Of a stretch of 64,000 bases of DNA, positions 36,801-49,100 are shown one piece after another (position 1 is the stretch's first letter; the number at the start of each line of letters is the position of its first letter). This DNA comes from Azolla caroliniana. Taxonomy: Eukaryota; Plantae; Polypodiophyta. The stretch lies in assembly GCA_043228905.1 (NCBI GenBank), contig JBHGNT010000008.1, positions 9,176,001-9,240,000 on the forward strand. The letters are read 5' to 3'. The notes below the pieces were generated by a model. The model had not been told where the DNA came from and did not search any database. It saw only the letters and a list, made by a program, of their open reading frames with translations. The translations under genes were made by a program, and so were the position numbers.

Positions 36801-38672
36801 GAGACCAACGCGGAGGTCGGGTCTACGACGGATGAGCGTGAAGTGAAGCATGCACTACGGCCGGCGGAGGGTCAAGGAACAAGCATGCACTAGGGGGCGC
36901 ATCAACGAGTGACCGGAAACGGTGGACCGATTGAGCCTTTGAGAGGCGAGGACTCGGTGGTGGACCGAGAGTGGGAGGAACCCTCCACACCTACCCGTGA
37001 GGCATCGACGGTCGCGGATCGAAAGAAGAATGAAGAAACGGTGGGTGGTGGTGAGGAGTTGGAGACCGACGCGGAGGTCGGGTCTACGGAGGAAGCGCGA
37101 CATGAGACGCATGCAATACGGCCGGTGGAGGGCCAAGACACAAGCATGCATACGGCGAATGGGGGACAACGATTGACCGACGATGACGGTCGGGTCAAGC
37201 CTTCGAGAGGCAAGCACAGGACGAAGGACGGCGCGGCGAAACACCAAGACCGACGACATGGGCCGAGCGCAATCGGCATGAGCGGAGAGTCGTGTCTTGA
37301 GAACCGAAGAAGGTGCGCGGAGAGCAACGGGCTACGCGCCGGGAAGAGAAAGCGCGGCTTCCCGGAGGGCATGCAAGGCCAAGAGGGCCAAGAGGGCGCA
37401 AGTCGAGGCGAAGCGGTAATGAGAGCCTCGAGGGACACCGACACGGAGGTCGGGATGACAGTACGCTCTACCGCGAGAGAGCACGGCGAACAACGGGGAA
37501 AGCCTACGGAAGGCAAGCGAGGAGCGGAGAGAGTCGGCACGCCGAGGTGTGCGGCATGCAAAGGGCGGAATCCAGCATGCGACCGAGAGCACATCCGGAG
37601 GATATACGAGGCGGACAAAGGAAGAGCAACCGGGTCGGCGATGGCGTTCGGGAGGACCGAACGGGGAGGAAAGCACAGGCATCAGATACGGCGAGTCGGA
37701 TGTAGTCGGTGGTTCAAGGACCCACGGTGAACGTGGCGGATCGGGTGGAGGCAACGACTCGGCGAACATCATCGAGGGTGGCGGATCGGATGGCACCGAC
37801 GGTTCGAGACCATTCGGCGAGGATGGTGGACCGGAAGGCGGCAATGGTTCGTGTGAACTGGAAGAAAAAACCAGGCGGGCCCACGAGGACGCTAAGGACT
37901 CGGTCGGTCGTCGTGGCCTAAAATCTCGTGTTCTTTCCCCTATGTTTTGGCACATACCAGAGGATGTGCGGTTAGGTGGGGCGGATGTTGTGAAGATTTT
38001 CGTCCACGAGCGGAAACCCGAGCAACGAAAGCCAAAGAGCGATGTGCAACGTTGCACACGTACATAATGTATTTGTAATAATAATAAGGGTAAAGGGTAT
38101 GGTGCTAGAAATGCCCCATAACATCCCTAAGGTATAAAGGTGGTGTGGTCTTGTGCGCACATCCACGCGAGAGAGAGAGAGAGAGGTACTATGTGGTACA
38201 TAGGTACCTAGTTGTTTGTGAGGAGGTGGGAGTTAAGGGGGGCATCAATCTCACCCTCCCCAAATCAAGGCAAATATCCCCTTTGAATGAAAGGGGATAT
38301 TTTAGTCTCGCTTTTGTAAATGGTCTTCCCTCCTTGTGCTATAAAAGGAGAGGGAAGGCACCATTGCGAGCATTGCCTATTTTGAGTGTGCGAAGTATAC
38401 CACATAGGTCGAGCGTTAGGGTTAGGGTTAGGGTTTCGAGTAGTCATTTGGTGCGGCCTATGCGGCCACCATTTTGTAATCGTTCATTTCGTTTTAATCC
38501 ATCTTGTTGATCGTCTTGTCTCCATCTTCCTCTTGTTCGATCTAATCTCTTGTTCATTCTTCTTCTTCTTGAGCAAAGCTTCCATTCCATGTCCGATTCC
38601 TTCTCCTCTACTCCTTAGTCCAAGACCCCCGTGGTCCCGCCCTTCTCCACGCACGCACGTAGCAACGCGACA
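33893..38672 (+). mobile_element. Non-autonomous tRNA-Trp-primed element N2 inside the 5' LTR of B3
   Basis: LTRs 33893-34576 and 37986-38672 (tgtcgtgaaga...gcgaca); TSD GCGT/ACGT (1 mismatch); 18-nt PBS 34581-34598; PPT ggttaggtggggcgga; no pol. Confidence 0.9.
34621..37730 (+). pseudogene. N2 long ORF: partial Gag fused to a repeat-rich acidic/Gly-rich tail (one frameshift ~35465, one stop at 36891)
   Basis: FREFDLRFSQLSVRDQ...LED..GLTEDW aligns with O gag FSAFESRFGRLSARDQ...LED..GLTETW. ORFs 35496-36893 and 36909-37730 share a frame. Confidence 0.65.
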
Positions 38673-39005
38673 ACGTAACTGTGTACAGAGAGAGAGAGAG
38701 AAACAAAGAGGTTGTTGCCTCTGTTGTAACCGCCGCCTGTGGCGAAGATAGAAAGCTCGAGGTTGTTGCCTCGGTGCTTTACTATTGTACACTGTAACAT
38801 AGTGATAGTTTGCAGCCTGTGGCCTACCGTGGTTTTTCCCTAGTTTGGGTTTTCCACGTAAACGTCCAGTGTACTCTTCTCTTCACTGTGTCGTGCATTC
38901 ATTCCCCGTTTTCTGTGTTTGATTCTAAGCTCGGTTGTGGCCGAGCGATGTTCATCGGAGCGTGTAGTTCCTGTCAAGTGGTATCAGAGCAAAACGACAC
39001 AGAAA

Positions 39006-42000
39006 ATGGACGATTCGTTAGGAGGCATGGTCAAGCTCACCGGCTCCAACTATTCGGTGTGGAAGTCGAAGATGAGGGACATGCTCATGGTTAAAGATCT
39101 TTGGTTGCCGGTTCAATTCGGGGACAAGAGACCGGACAAAATCGACGCCACGATATGGGAGGTGATGCACATGAAGACAACGGCGTACATTCGATGCTTC
39201 ATCGACATGAGCCTATACAACAACTTCAATGAAGACAGCAAGGCTCATGAGCTCTGGGAGAAGATCGGCATCATGTTTCAAAACAAAAATGTTGTTAATC
39301 AGGTTTCGGTATTCCGGAAGCTAGTAAGACTCCGGTACCAAGATGGCTCCAGCATGGCGGAGCACATGAATGCCTTCCAGGGGCTGATCCACCATGCAAC
39401 ATCATTGGAAGTACCTCTCGTCGATGAGGTACTAGCGCTACTCCTGCTCGGTTCCCTCCCGGATAGCTGGGAGACTTGGTTGTCACTTTGGGCAACGCCG
39501 GGCCGGAAGGGAAACGGTTATCCCTAGCAAGAGTGAATTCGAGCTTGCTAGATGAGGAGGCGCGTCGGAAAGATAAGGATACAAGCTCCGACTCCAAAGC
39601 GCTCCTTACCGAATCAGAATGCGGAAGACATAGAAACCGTAGTACCCACAACCGGGAAAAGTTGGGAACACGGTCAAAGTCAAGGGGGAGGCCTACTTGC
39701 TTCTATTGCGGCAAGCCGGGATACTTCCAGAAGAACTATCGGCATTTCTGTAAAGACAAGGAAACCGACGGTACCGATTCGAAGCGGACACCGGCAATCG
39801 CGGCAAGTGAAGAAGAGTTGATGCTCATCACCGAGGAGACTGAGATAAACCTTGCCGGCAACGAGATGACCTGGGTGGTCGACTCCGGAGCGTCATTCCA
39901 CCTTACCCCGGACTGGAAATGCTTCTCATCCTACTCAGCCGGTGATCACGGCTGTGTCCGGATGGGGAATGAAGGTACATGCCGAATTGTCGGCATAGGA
40001 GACGTGTGGCTGACAATGCCAACCGGATGCAAGCTGCTGCTGAAGGATGTCCGAAACGTTCCAGAGGTTCGTCTGAACCTGATATCCGCCGGTCGGCTAG
40101 ATGATGAAGGCTACACGGGTAGCATCTGGAACGGTGTTATGAAGTTCAGCAAAGGGAGCCTGATTGTGGCTCGGGCCCGGAAGGTAAACACGTTGTACCT
40201 AATGAATGCCCGGTTATGCCCAGAAGACGTGAATGTAGCATCCGACATTGCCGGTGTGTTGTGGCACAAGAGGCTGTGTCACATGAGCGAGAAGGGGATG
40301 AAGAGGCTTGCAGACGACAACCTCATTCCAGTGAAGAACGTGCACTTGGAGAAGTGCACTGATTGTCTGGCCAGTAAACAAAACCGGACCTCCTTCCGAT
40401 CGAGGCCACCGATGAGACGTAATGCACCACTGGAGTTGGTGCATACTGATGTATGTCAAGTGGACACGAAGTCACATGCCGGATCGCAGTACTTCGTGAC
40501 GTTCATAGATGATCACAGCCGGAAGTTGTGGGCCACACCATTGAAGACAAAGGATCAGGTGTTATCCGTCTTCAAAGAGCTCCACGCGAGAGTGGAAAGA
40601 GAAACCGACCGGAAGCTGAAGGCGGTTCGAGCAGATAAATGAGGTGAATACCGGGGGCAATTCGAGGAGTAATGTCATTCGAAGGGAATACGGCTCGAAT
40701 TTACCGTGCCGAAGACGCCGGAACTAAACGGGTTGGCCGAGAGGATGAACCGAACCATAATGGAGAGGGTCCGGAGTATGCTGGCACATGCAAAACTACC
40801 CAAGAAGTTTTGGGCTGAGGCACTGTCGACGGCAACATATGTGATAAACAGATCACCCTCAGTACCCTTGGACGGAGACACACCGCAGAGAGTATGGACC
40901 GGTAAGGAAGTGTCCTACCGGCATCTGAAGGTGTTCGGGTGTCTTGTGTACGTGCATGATGCTAAGGACCGGAGAGGAAAGTTAGATCCAAAGACCCGGC
41001 CATGCATATTCCTCGGGTACGGCGACGATGAGTTCGGCTACCGAGTGTGGGACCTGGTCGACAAGAAGGTATTCCGGAGTCGAGATATTATCTTCATGGA
41101 GGACAAGACGCTCATTGACTGGGAGTCGGAGAAGAAGATAATGAACTCCGAGTCGACCGGTAAGGATCGATTCTACGATGAGCAGACCCAACCGGCAAGA
41201 GACCGGTTAGCACTCGAGGAACCAGCCGGTTATGGTTAGGATACCGAACTGGCAGAAGAAGAAGTAGAGGAAGCTGGAACCGGAACCGGCCAAGACCCCG
41301 AATCGGATTCAGTTGAAGAGCAAATGGAGGAGCTGGTTACCGAAGCCCAGAGACGGAGATATCCTCTCAGAGAGAGAAGGGCCCCCCGGAGATTTCCGGA
41401 TGCAGAGCATGTGCTGCTAACCGATGAGGGGGAGCCAAAAAGCTTCGAAGAAGCGAAGGATGAAACCCACAGCCGAAAATGGTTAAGTGCCATGTAGGAT
41501 GAGATGGATTCCCTGCATGAGAACCATACGTACGAATTGGTGGAGTTGCCGAAAGGAAAGCGGGCACTCCGAAATAAGTGGGTGTACAACTTGAAACCGG
41601 GAGATGCCGGCAAACCCCCGAGATACAAAGCCAGGATCTTGGTGAAGGGGTTCCAGCAGAAGTAGGGCGTGGACTTCGACGAGATATTTGCCCTGGTGGT
41701 AAAGATGACCTCCATCCGGACGATGCTGAGTATAGCGGCAAGCATGGACCTCGAGGTAGAGTAGCTAGCCGTGAAGACGGCATTCCTTCACAATGACCTC
41801 GAAGAGGAGAACTACATGGAAGGATTCGTGGAGAAAGGGTAGGAGCACCTGGTATGCCGGTTGAAGAAGAGCTTGTACGGACTGAAGCAGGCTCCCCGAC
41901 AATGGTACTGGAAGTTCGGCTCCTTCATGACCGATCAAGGGTACCACAAGACACAGGCTGACCACTGTGTGTTTGTGAAGAAGTTTGAAGGAGGCGACTT

Positions 42001-44385
42001 CCTGATATTCCTTATGTACGTGGACGACATGTTGATCGTCGGACGGGACCAAGCCAAAATACGGATGCTAAAGAAGGCTCTTAACCGAACCTTCTCAATG
42101 AAATACTTCGGTCCGGCACGACAGATGTTGGGGATGCATATCATCCGGAAATGGCCAACAAAGCAATTGTGGTTGTCGCAGGAGAAGTACGTGACAAAGG
42201 TGCTTCAGCGGTTCAACATGTTGGAAGCGAAACCGGTCGGATCGACACTCCCGGCAAACTGTAGATTATCTGGTAAGCAAAGCCGGAAGACGAAAGAAGA
42301 GAAGGCCGATATGATGAAGGTTCCATATGCCTCTGCCGTCAGGAGCTTGATGTACACAATGGTGTGTACCCGACCGGATATAGGATACGCAGTCGGAGTG
42401 GTGAGCCGGTTTATGTGCAATCCAGGCAAGGAGCACTAGAACGCAGTCAAATGGATACTCCGGTTCCGGTTCTAGCTTCCTCTACTTCTTCTTCTGCCGG
42501 TTCGGTATCCTCACCGTAACCGGCTGGTTCTTCGAGTGCTAACCGGACTCTTGCCAGTTGGGTCTGCTCATCCTAGAATCGATCCTTACCGGTCGACTCG
42601 GAGTTCATTATCTTCTTCTCCGACTCCCAGTCGGCGAGCGTCATGTCCTCCATGAAGATAATATCTCGACTACGGAATACCTTCTTGTCGACCAGGTCCC
42701 ACAATCGGTAGCCAAACTCATCGTCGTCGTAACCGAGGAATATGCATGGCCGGGTCTTTGGATCTAACTTTCCTCTCCGGTCCTTAGCAACATGCACGTA
42801 CACGAGACACCCGAACACCTTCAGATGCCGGTAGGACACTTCCTTACCGGTCCATACTCTCTGCGGCGTGTCTCCGTCCAAGGGTACTGAGGGTGATCTG
42901 TTTATCATATATGTGACCGTCGACAGTGCCTCAGCCCAAAACTTCTTGGGTAGTTTTGCATGCGCCAGCATACTCCGGACCCTCTCCATTATGGTCCGGT
43001 TCATCCTCTCGGCCAGCTCGTTTAGTTCCGGCGTCTTCGGCACGGTAAATTCATGCCGGATTCCCTTCGAACGACATTACACCTCGAACTGCCCCCGGTA
43101 TTCACCTACGTTATCTGCTCAAACCGCATTCAGCTTCCGGCCGGTTTCTCTTTCCACTCTCGCGTGGAGCTCTTTGAATACAGATAGCACCTGATCCTTC
43201 GTCTTCAACGGTGTGGCCCATAGCTTCCGGCTGTGATCATCTATGAACGTCACGAAGTACTGCAATCCGGCATGTGACTTCGTGTCCACTTGACATACAT
43301 CAGTATGCGCCAACTCCTTCATGACCGATCAAGGGTACCACAAGACACAAGCTGACCACTGTGTTTGTAAAGAAGTTTGAAGGAGGCGACTTCCTGATAC
43401 TCCTTCTGTACGTGGACAACATGTTGATCGTTGGACGGGACCAAGCCAAAATACGAATGCTGAAGAAGGCTCTCAACCAGACCTTCTCAATGAAAGAATT
43501 GGGTCCGGCACGACAGATGTTGGGGATGCATGTCATCTAGAACCGGCCAACGAAGCAATTGTGGTTGTCACAGGAAAGTACGTGACAAAGGTGCTTCAGG
43601 GGTTCAACATGTTGGAAGCGAAACCGGTCGGATCGACACTCCCGACAAACTGCAGATTATCCGGTAAGCAAAGCCCGAAGACGAAAGAAGAGAAGGCTGA
43701 TATGATGAAGGTTCCATATGCCTCTGTCGTCCGGAGCTTGATGTACGCAATGGTGTGTACCCGACCGGATATAGGATACGCAGTTAGAGTGGTGAGCCGG
43801 TTTATGAGCAATCCCGGCAAGCAGCACTGGAACGCAGTCAAATGGATACTCTGGTACTTGAAGGGCACTTCGAATATGTGTCTCCGATTCGGTTCCGGAA
43901 AACCTCAACTTGACGGTTTTACCGATTCGGACATGTCGGCTGATGTGGATACCAGCCGGTCCACATCCAGGTATGTAATGACATATGCAGGGGGAGCTGT
44001 TTCGTGGCAGTCGAGGTTGCAGAAGACAGTTGCGTTGTCAACCACGGAGGCGAAGTACATGGCGGCTCTGGAAGTCGGCAAGGAAATATTATGGATGAAG
44101 GACTTCATCGGAGAGCTCGGTATCCGGCAAGATGAATATCGCCTCTATTGCAACAGTCAAAGTGCCATCCACCTTGCTAAGAATGCGGCCTACCATTCCC
44201 GGACGAAGCATATCCAGGGTAGGTATCACTAGATCCGGGAAAGAGTAGATGACCAGGAGTTCGCGCTGACAAAGATCCACACGGCCAAGAACGGGTCAGA
44301 TATGCGGACCAAAGCACTGATACCCGACAAGCTGGATGCATGCCGGAAGCGGATCGGACTAGTAAGACATCCCATGCCGGAGTGA
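39006..44385 (+). pseudogene. B3 gag-pol with many stops, frameshifts and a rearrangement
   Basis: ORF fragments 38919-39527, 39476-40642, 40706-41239, 41861-42439 and 43561-44232 are collinear with B1/B2. Confidence 0.88.
42460..43317 (-). repeat. Inverted copy of the B3 integrase segment (~40431-41289)
   Basis: Minus-strand ORF 42573-43043 repeats 40706-41239 almost exactly. Confidence 0.9.
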
Positions 44386-46106
44386 AGGGGGAGTTTGTTA
44401 GGAAATAGGTCCCTCCGGATGGTGAAGACCCGGTGAGAACCGAATGAAGAGTACCCAGCTACAGAGAGCCAGATGATGCAGACCCGGTAAGAACCGGATG
44501 AAGAGTACCTAGCTACGGAAAGCCAGATGGTGCAGACCCGGTGAGAACCGGATGACGAGTACCCGGCAAGCGCCGAATGATGCAGGCCAGGTGAGGAGTG
44601 CTCACCAGATGAAGAGACATATTCGTAACTATGTTTCTGAGAGTTCATCGTGGCTATATTTGTAAATAGCCGAAAAGTCATATTAGTATAAATATGACTT
44701 AGGGCAAACTTTAGTAATGAGTTGTTGTCATTCTTGTTTGCGTAAGATCAGAGCTCGTAACTGTGTACAGAGAGAGAGAGAGAGAAACGAAGAGGTTGTT
44801 GCCTCTGTTGTAACCGCCGCCTGTGGCGAAGATAGAAAGCTCGAGGTTGTTGCCTCGGTGCTTTACTATTGTACACTATAACATAGTGATAGTTTGCAGC
44901 CTGTGGACTGCCGTGGTTTTTCCCTAGTTTGGGTTTTCCACGTAAACATCCAGTGTACTCTTCTCTTCACTGTGTCGTGCATTCATTCCCCGTTTTCTGT
45001 GTTTGATTCTAAGCTCGGTTGTGGCCGAGCATTGTTCATTGGAGCGTGTAGTTCTTGTCATACTCCGGAGATGACCAATTCCAACTAGTCGTGGAGAGCC
45101 GAGACATCACTACCATGCGGACACCGATAGGATTAGTCCGTATGTGCACACTACCACAAGGCGCAACAAACTCGGTCACACATATGATGAATGCAATGAA
45201 CAAGGTGCTCCGGGACTGTATTCCGGAGATAACGATGTTGTTCCTAGATGACATTCCGATAAAAGGATGCGCGGTGGAAGAAAAAGATGAGACTATGGAT
45301 AATCGGGGATGCCGACAGTTCGTAGTCGACCATATTCGTGATTGCGAGAAAGTGCTTCGAAAGTTAGAAGATGTGCACCTAACACTTTCTGGGGTGAAAT
45401 CGACATTTGGGCAAGAAGAGATATTGGTAGTCGGACATCTATGTGGGCCCTACGGCCGAAGACCGTCACCGACCAAGATCGATGCGATTCAAGTGATGAA
45501 AGAAATATGCGAGTCACAATCCGAAGTCCAAAGGTTTCTTGGAGCGTGTGCATTCTACCACATATGGATTCCGCACTATGCACATATTGCGGACCCACTC
45601 TATCACTTGTTGCGGAAGGGTTAGAAGTTTGAATGGAAACCGGAGCATACCAAAGCCATGAAGAAGCTCAAGAAATCACTACAGAGGGCAAAAGCACTAA
45701 AGAAGCCGAACTATGACCGACCGATCATAGTAACGGTTGACACAAGTCCAACTGGAAAATGGGTCTTCAATCAAGCCGACTCAGATGGTTCGCGATATCC
45801 AATCCGATTCGGAGCAAAGGTTCTCAATGAAAGGCAACACGGGTATGCACAAGTCAAAAGAGAATTATGGGGAATCGTGTCGGCAATCAAATCGGATCGA
45901 GATTATTTGATCGGAGCCAAAGTAGTGATCGAAACGGATTGTCTTCCGATACTCGGGATGATGCGGTGTTGCACGATACTGGATGTGGCTATGCTAAGGT
46001 GGATTGCATATGTTAAGTCACTTAATCCGGAGGTACGACACATCTCTGGAAAAGACAACACGGTAGCGGATATGCTATCAAGGCCGCAGTTCGGAGATGA
46101 CATAAC

Positions 46107-49100
46107 TGTCATGATATGGCAAGACTCGAACCCATGACCTTATGCTACATGGGTCGAGCTCTTACCATTAGACTATGAATTGTAATACATAGGATATTAT
46201 TTTCATTTATGCTTTGTCATAGAAAATTGATGTGTATTCCAAATCTCTCTAGAACATTCTAGAAGCTTCAGGATTATTCCTGAGAACACTATAAAAGAGG
46301 GCACTAGGCATTATGTTGAACCAAATTGGTTCAACACCAGTCTTAAGCCTCTTAGCCGATTTGTACTTATCTTTCATATAATATAAGAGTTGTTGTCATC
46401 ATCTTATCTCTCTCTCTCCTCTTCTCACTTCCTCTCTCTCGGGAATATTACGTAGTCCCGTCCTCTTAGTACTAATAGTACTACTCTTCTTAGTACTAAT
46501 TCCATCTCTGTTTTAGTACTATTCCTGACAGTTTGAACCAATTTGCCTCTTTCCTCCAGCCTACTTGTCGTTCTCCCTCATCCTCCTACCCTTTTCCCTC
46601 TACTATGGCTATTGTTAGCGCCCAAGAATATCAATCCGTTTTCTCCGAGTTACAGTGCCTAAAAGAAAAGTTTGTTGCCCTGGATCAAGAAAACCAACGG
46701 CTGATAGGGGATCTGCAACAAATCGCTCTAGAAAAGCAACAAACGCAGCAACAGCATGGGGAGTTAGCGTTACAGGTGCAACAACTCGAAGCTGCATTGC
46801 AACAACAAGGATCAAGTCCCCAAGGATTTCATAAAGAGCCAAAGATTGGACTTCCTGTGAAATTTGATGGAACACGATCGCAATTCAGGGGATTCCTTAA
46901 TCAGGTACGATTAGTCCTCCAAATGCATCCTTCTCGATACCCACTGATGCATCCCGAGTCGGCTTAATAGGCACGTTGCTTAGCGGCTCAGCCTTAGCAT
47001 GGTTCGCTCCACTTCTAGAAAAACAATCGCCCTTCCTTAATAACTTTGAAGATTTTATTAGTGAGTTCAAAGCCTGCTTTGGAGACACCGAAACCATCAG
47101 GACGGCGATCAACAAGATCCGGCGATTGCGTCAAGGCGATCGTCCAGCCTCTGCCTACGCGGCGGATTTCCGCCTACTCGCTTCCGACATACCCTGGGAT
47201 GATCAAGCACTAATGGAGCAGTTTCGCTATGGCCTGTGAAATGATGTCAAAGATCTACTTCTAACCTTCCCCGAAGAACCAAAGTCTCTTACGGAGGCAA
47301 TCAGTCGAGCGGTCCGATGTGACAACCGCCTCTTCGAACGGTGTTCGGAATGTCAATTACAAATACCACGCGCTAGGCCGGAGCCCACTTACGCCGCAGT
47401 CGCGGCTAGACCGTTTGCACGAGACATACCTCAAGCAAATACTTCGACACCGATGGAGATCGATACCATGCGTCGACGCGGCCCGTTATCGGAAGAAGAA
47501 AAGCAACGACAACGTGCAAATCGATTATGTCTTTATTGCGGTGGACCAAGGCATATCGCAATCAATTGTCCCCATAGGCCAAGAAGATAGGTAAATCAAT
47601 TTGTAGCTTGTACTAAACCCGAGTCAATTCTTCCCTTAGGAGTGTCTGATAGTATTAATAGTACTAATAGAGTGTTTGATAGTATTCATAGTACTAATAG
47701 CCCAAGTATCTCAAATAAATTTGAAATCCTTAGTCAATTAGATGAAGAGTTAAGCGATTGAGTCCAGCCAAAATAGGAGCCGTTTGGTTGGACAGCACCC
47801 CTAGATCTGTACAGCCCATTAGTGGTTCCATTCCTTCCAAGCAAGTTAGCAATGTGTTCCTAGCCCAAGTCATTGTTAGTACTAAAAGTACTCCCCCAGT
47901 ACCCATCCTAGCACTTTTAGATTCCGGAGCTAATTCCTGTTTCATGGATCGAAATTTTGCCCAAGCTTCTCAGATATCCTTAAGAAAACTTCCTTGTCCC
48001 GCATCTGTAGTAGTCATTGATGGTCGTCCCATTGCTTCCGGAAATATTGTAGAAGAATCAGAACCCATTCAAGTTGTCCTAGGTAGTTTTGTGTGTGTAA
48101 TATCATTTAATATAATTAGTAGTCCAGAGCATCCCATTGTCCTAGGATTACCTTGGTTTGAATTACGTAATCCAGCCATAGATTGGAGAACAAGAGAAGT
48201 CCGATATCGACCACCCCAAGAATCAACTCACCAAGTTTCGACCATTTCACTCCATCAACTACGCGAAGAAGGACCCAAGGAGGCAATGTTCCTATTTGCA
48301 ATATCAGTACATCCTTCCAGCACTATTAAGAAGGACTCCTCAGTACAACTTCCAGCAAAATATCATCCTTATGCCGATGTATTTGACAAGGTAAAACCCA
48401 GTACCCTTCCTCATCACCGTCCCTATGACTGTCCCATCGATTTACAACCAGGAACCGAGCCACCATGGGGACCAATTTACAACTTGTCACCCACCGAGTT
48501 AGAAGTCCTTCGAGCCTACATAGAGGAGAACTTGGCAAGCGGGTTCATCCGCCATTCGAAATCTCCGGCCGGTGTACCCATCTTCTTTGTCAAGAAGAAA
48601 GATGGCTCACTTCGTCTTGTCATTGATTACCACGGATTGAATAAAGTCACCATCCGGAATAGGTATGCACTTCCTCTTATATCAAGTCTTTTAGAGCGAG
48701 TTAATGGTGCCAAGTTTTTTACTAAAATCGACCTACGAGGAGCGTATAACCTCGTGCGGATCCGACCGGGAGATGAGTGGAAGACCGCCTTTTGCACGCG
48801 GTATGGGCATTTCGAGTATACTGTTATGCCGTTTGGCCTAACCAATGCACCCGCAGTCTTCCAACACATGGCAAATGATATATTCAGAGACCTCTTGGAT
48901 ATCTGTTTGATCATTTATCTGGATGATCTATTGATTTATTCGAAGACCTAGGAAGAGCACGATTCTCATGTACTATTAGTACTAAAGCGACTCCGCGAGA
49001 ATGGTCTTTATGCCAAGCTAGAAAAATGTAGCTTTGACTGCAAGCAAGTGGAATTTCTAGGCTACGTCATCTCCTCAAAGGGCATCGCCATGGATCCAGC

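Larger units (their letters stand above)
33451..45060 (+). mobile_element. Copia element B3 inserted in RT of O; degenerate, with internal inverted duplication
   Basis: 5' LTR 33451-38976 (split by N2), 3' LTR 44396-45060; TSD GACTC/TACTC (1 mismatch); PBS 38979-38990; gag of the B1 type. Confidence 0.92.

Noticed and set aside
36201-38057. Several 130-240-aa minus-strand ORFs in N2 and similar antisense ORFs over copia and gypsy pol
   Set aside because: These are shadows of GC-rich coding sequence with no recognisable motifs.
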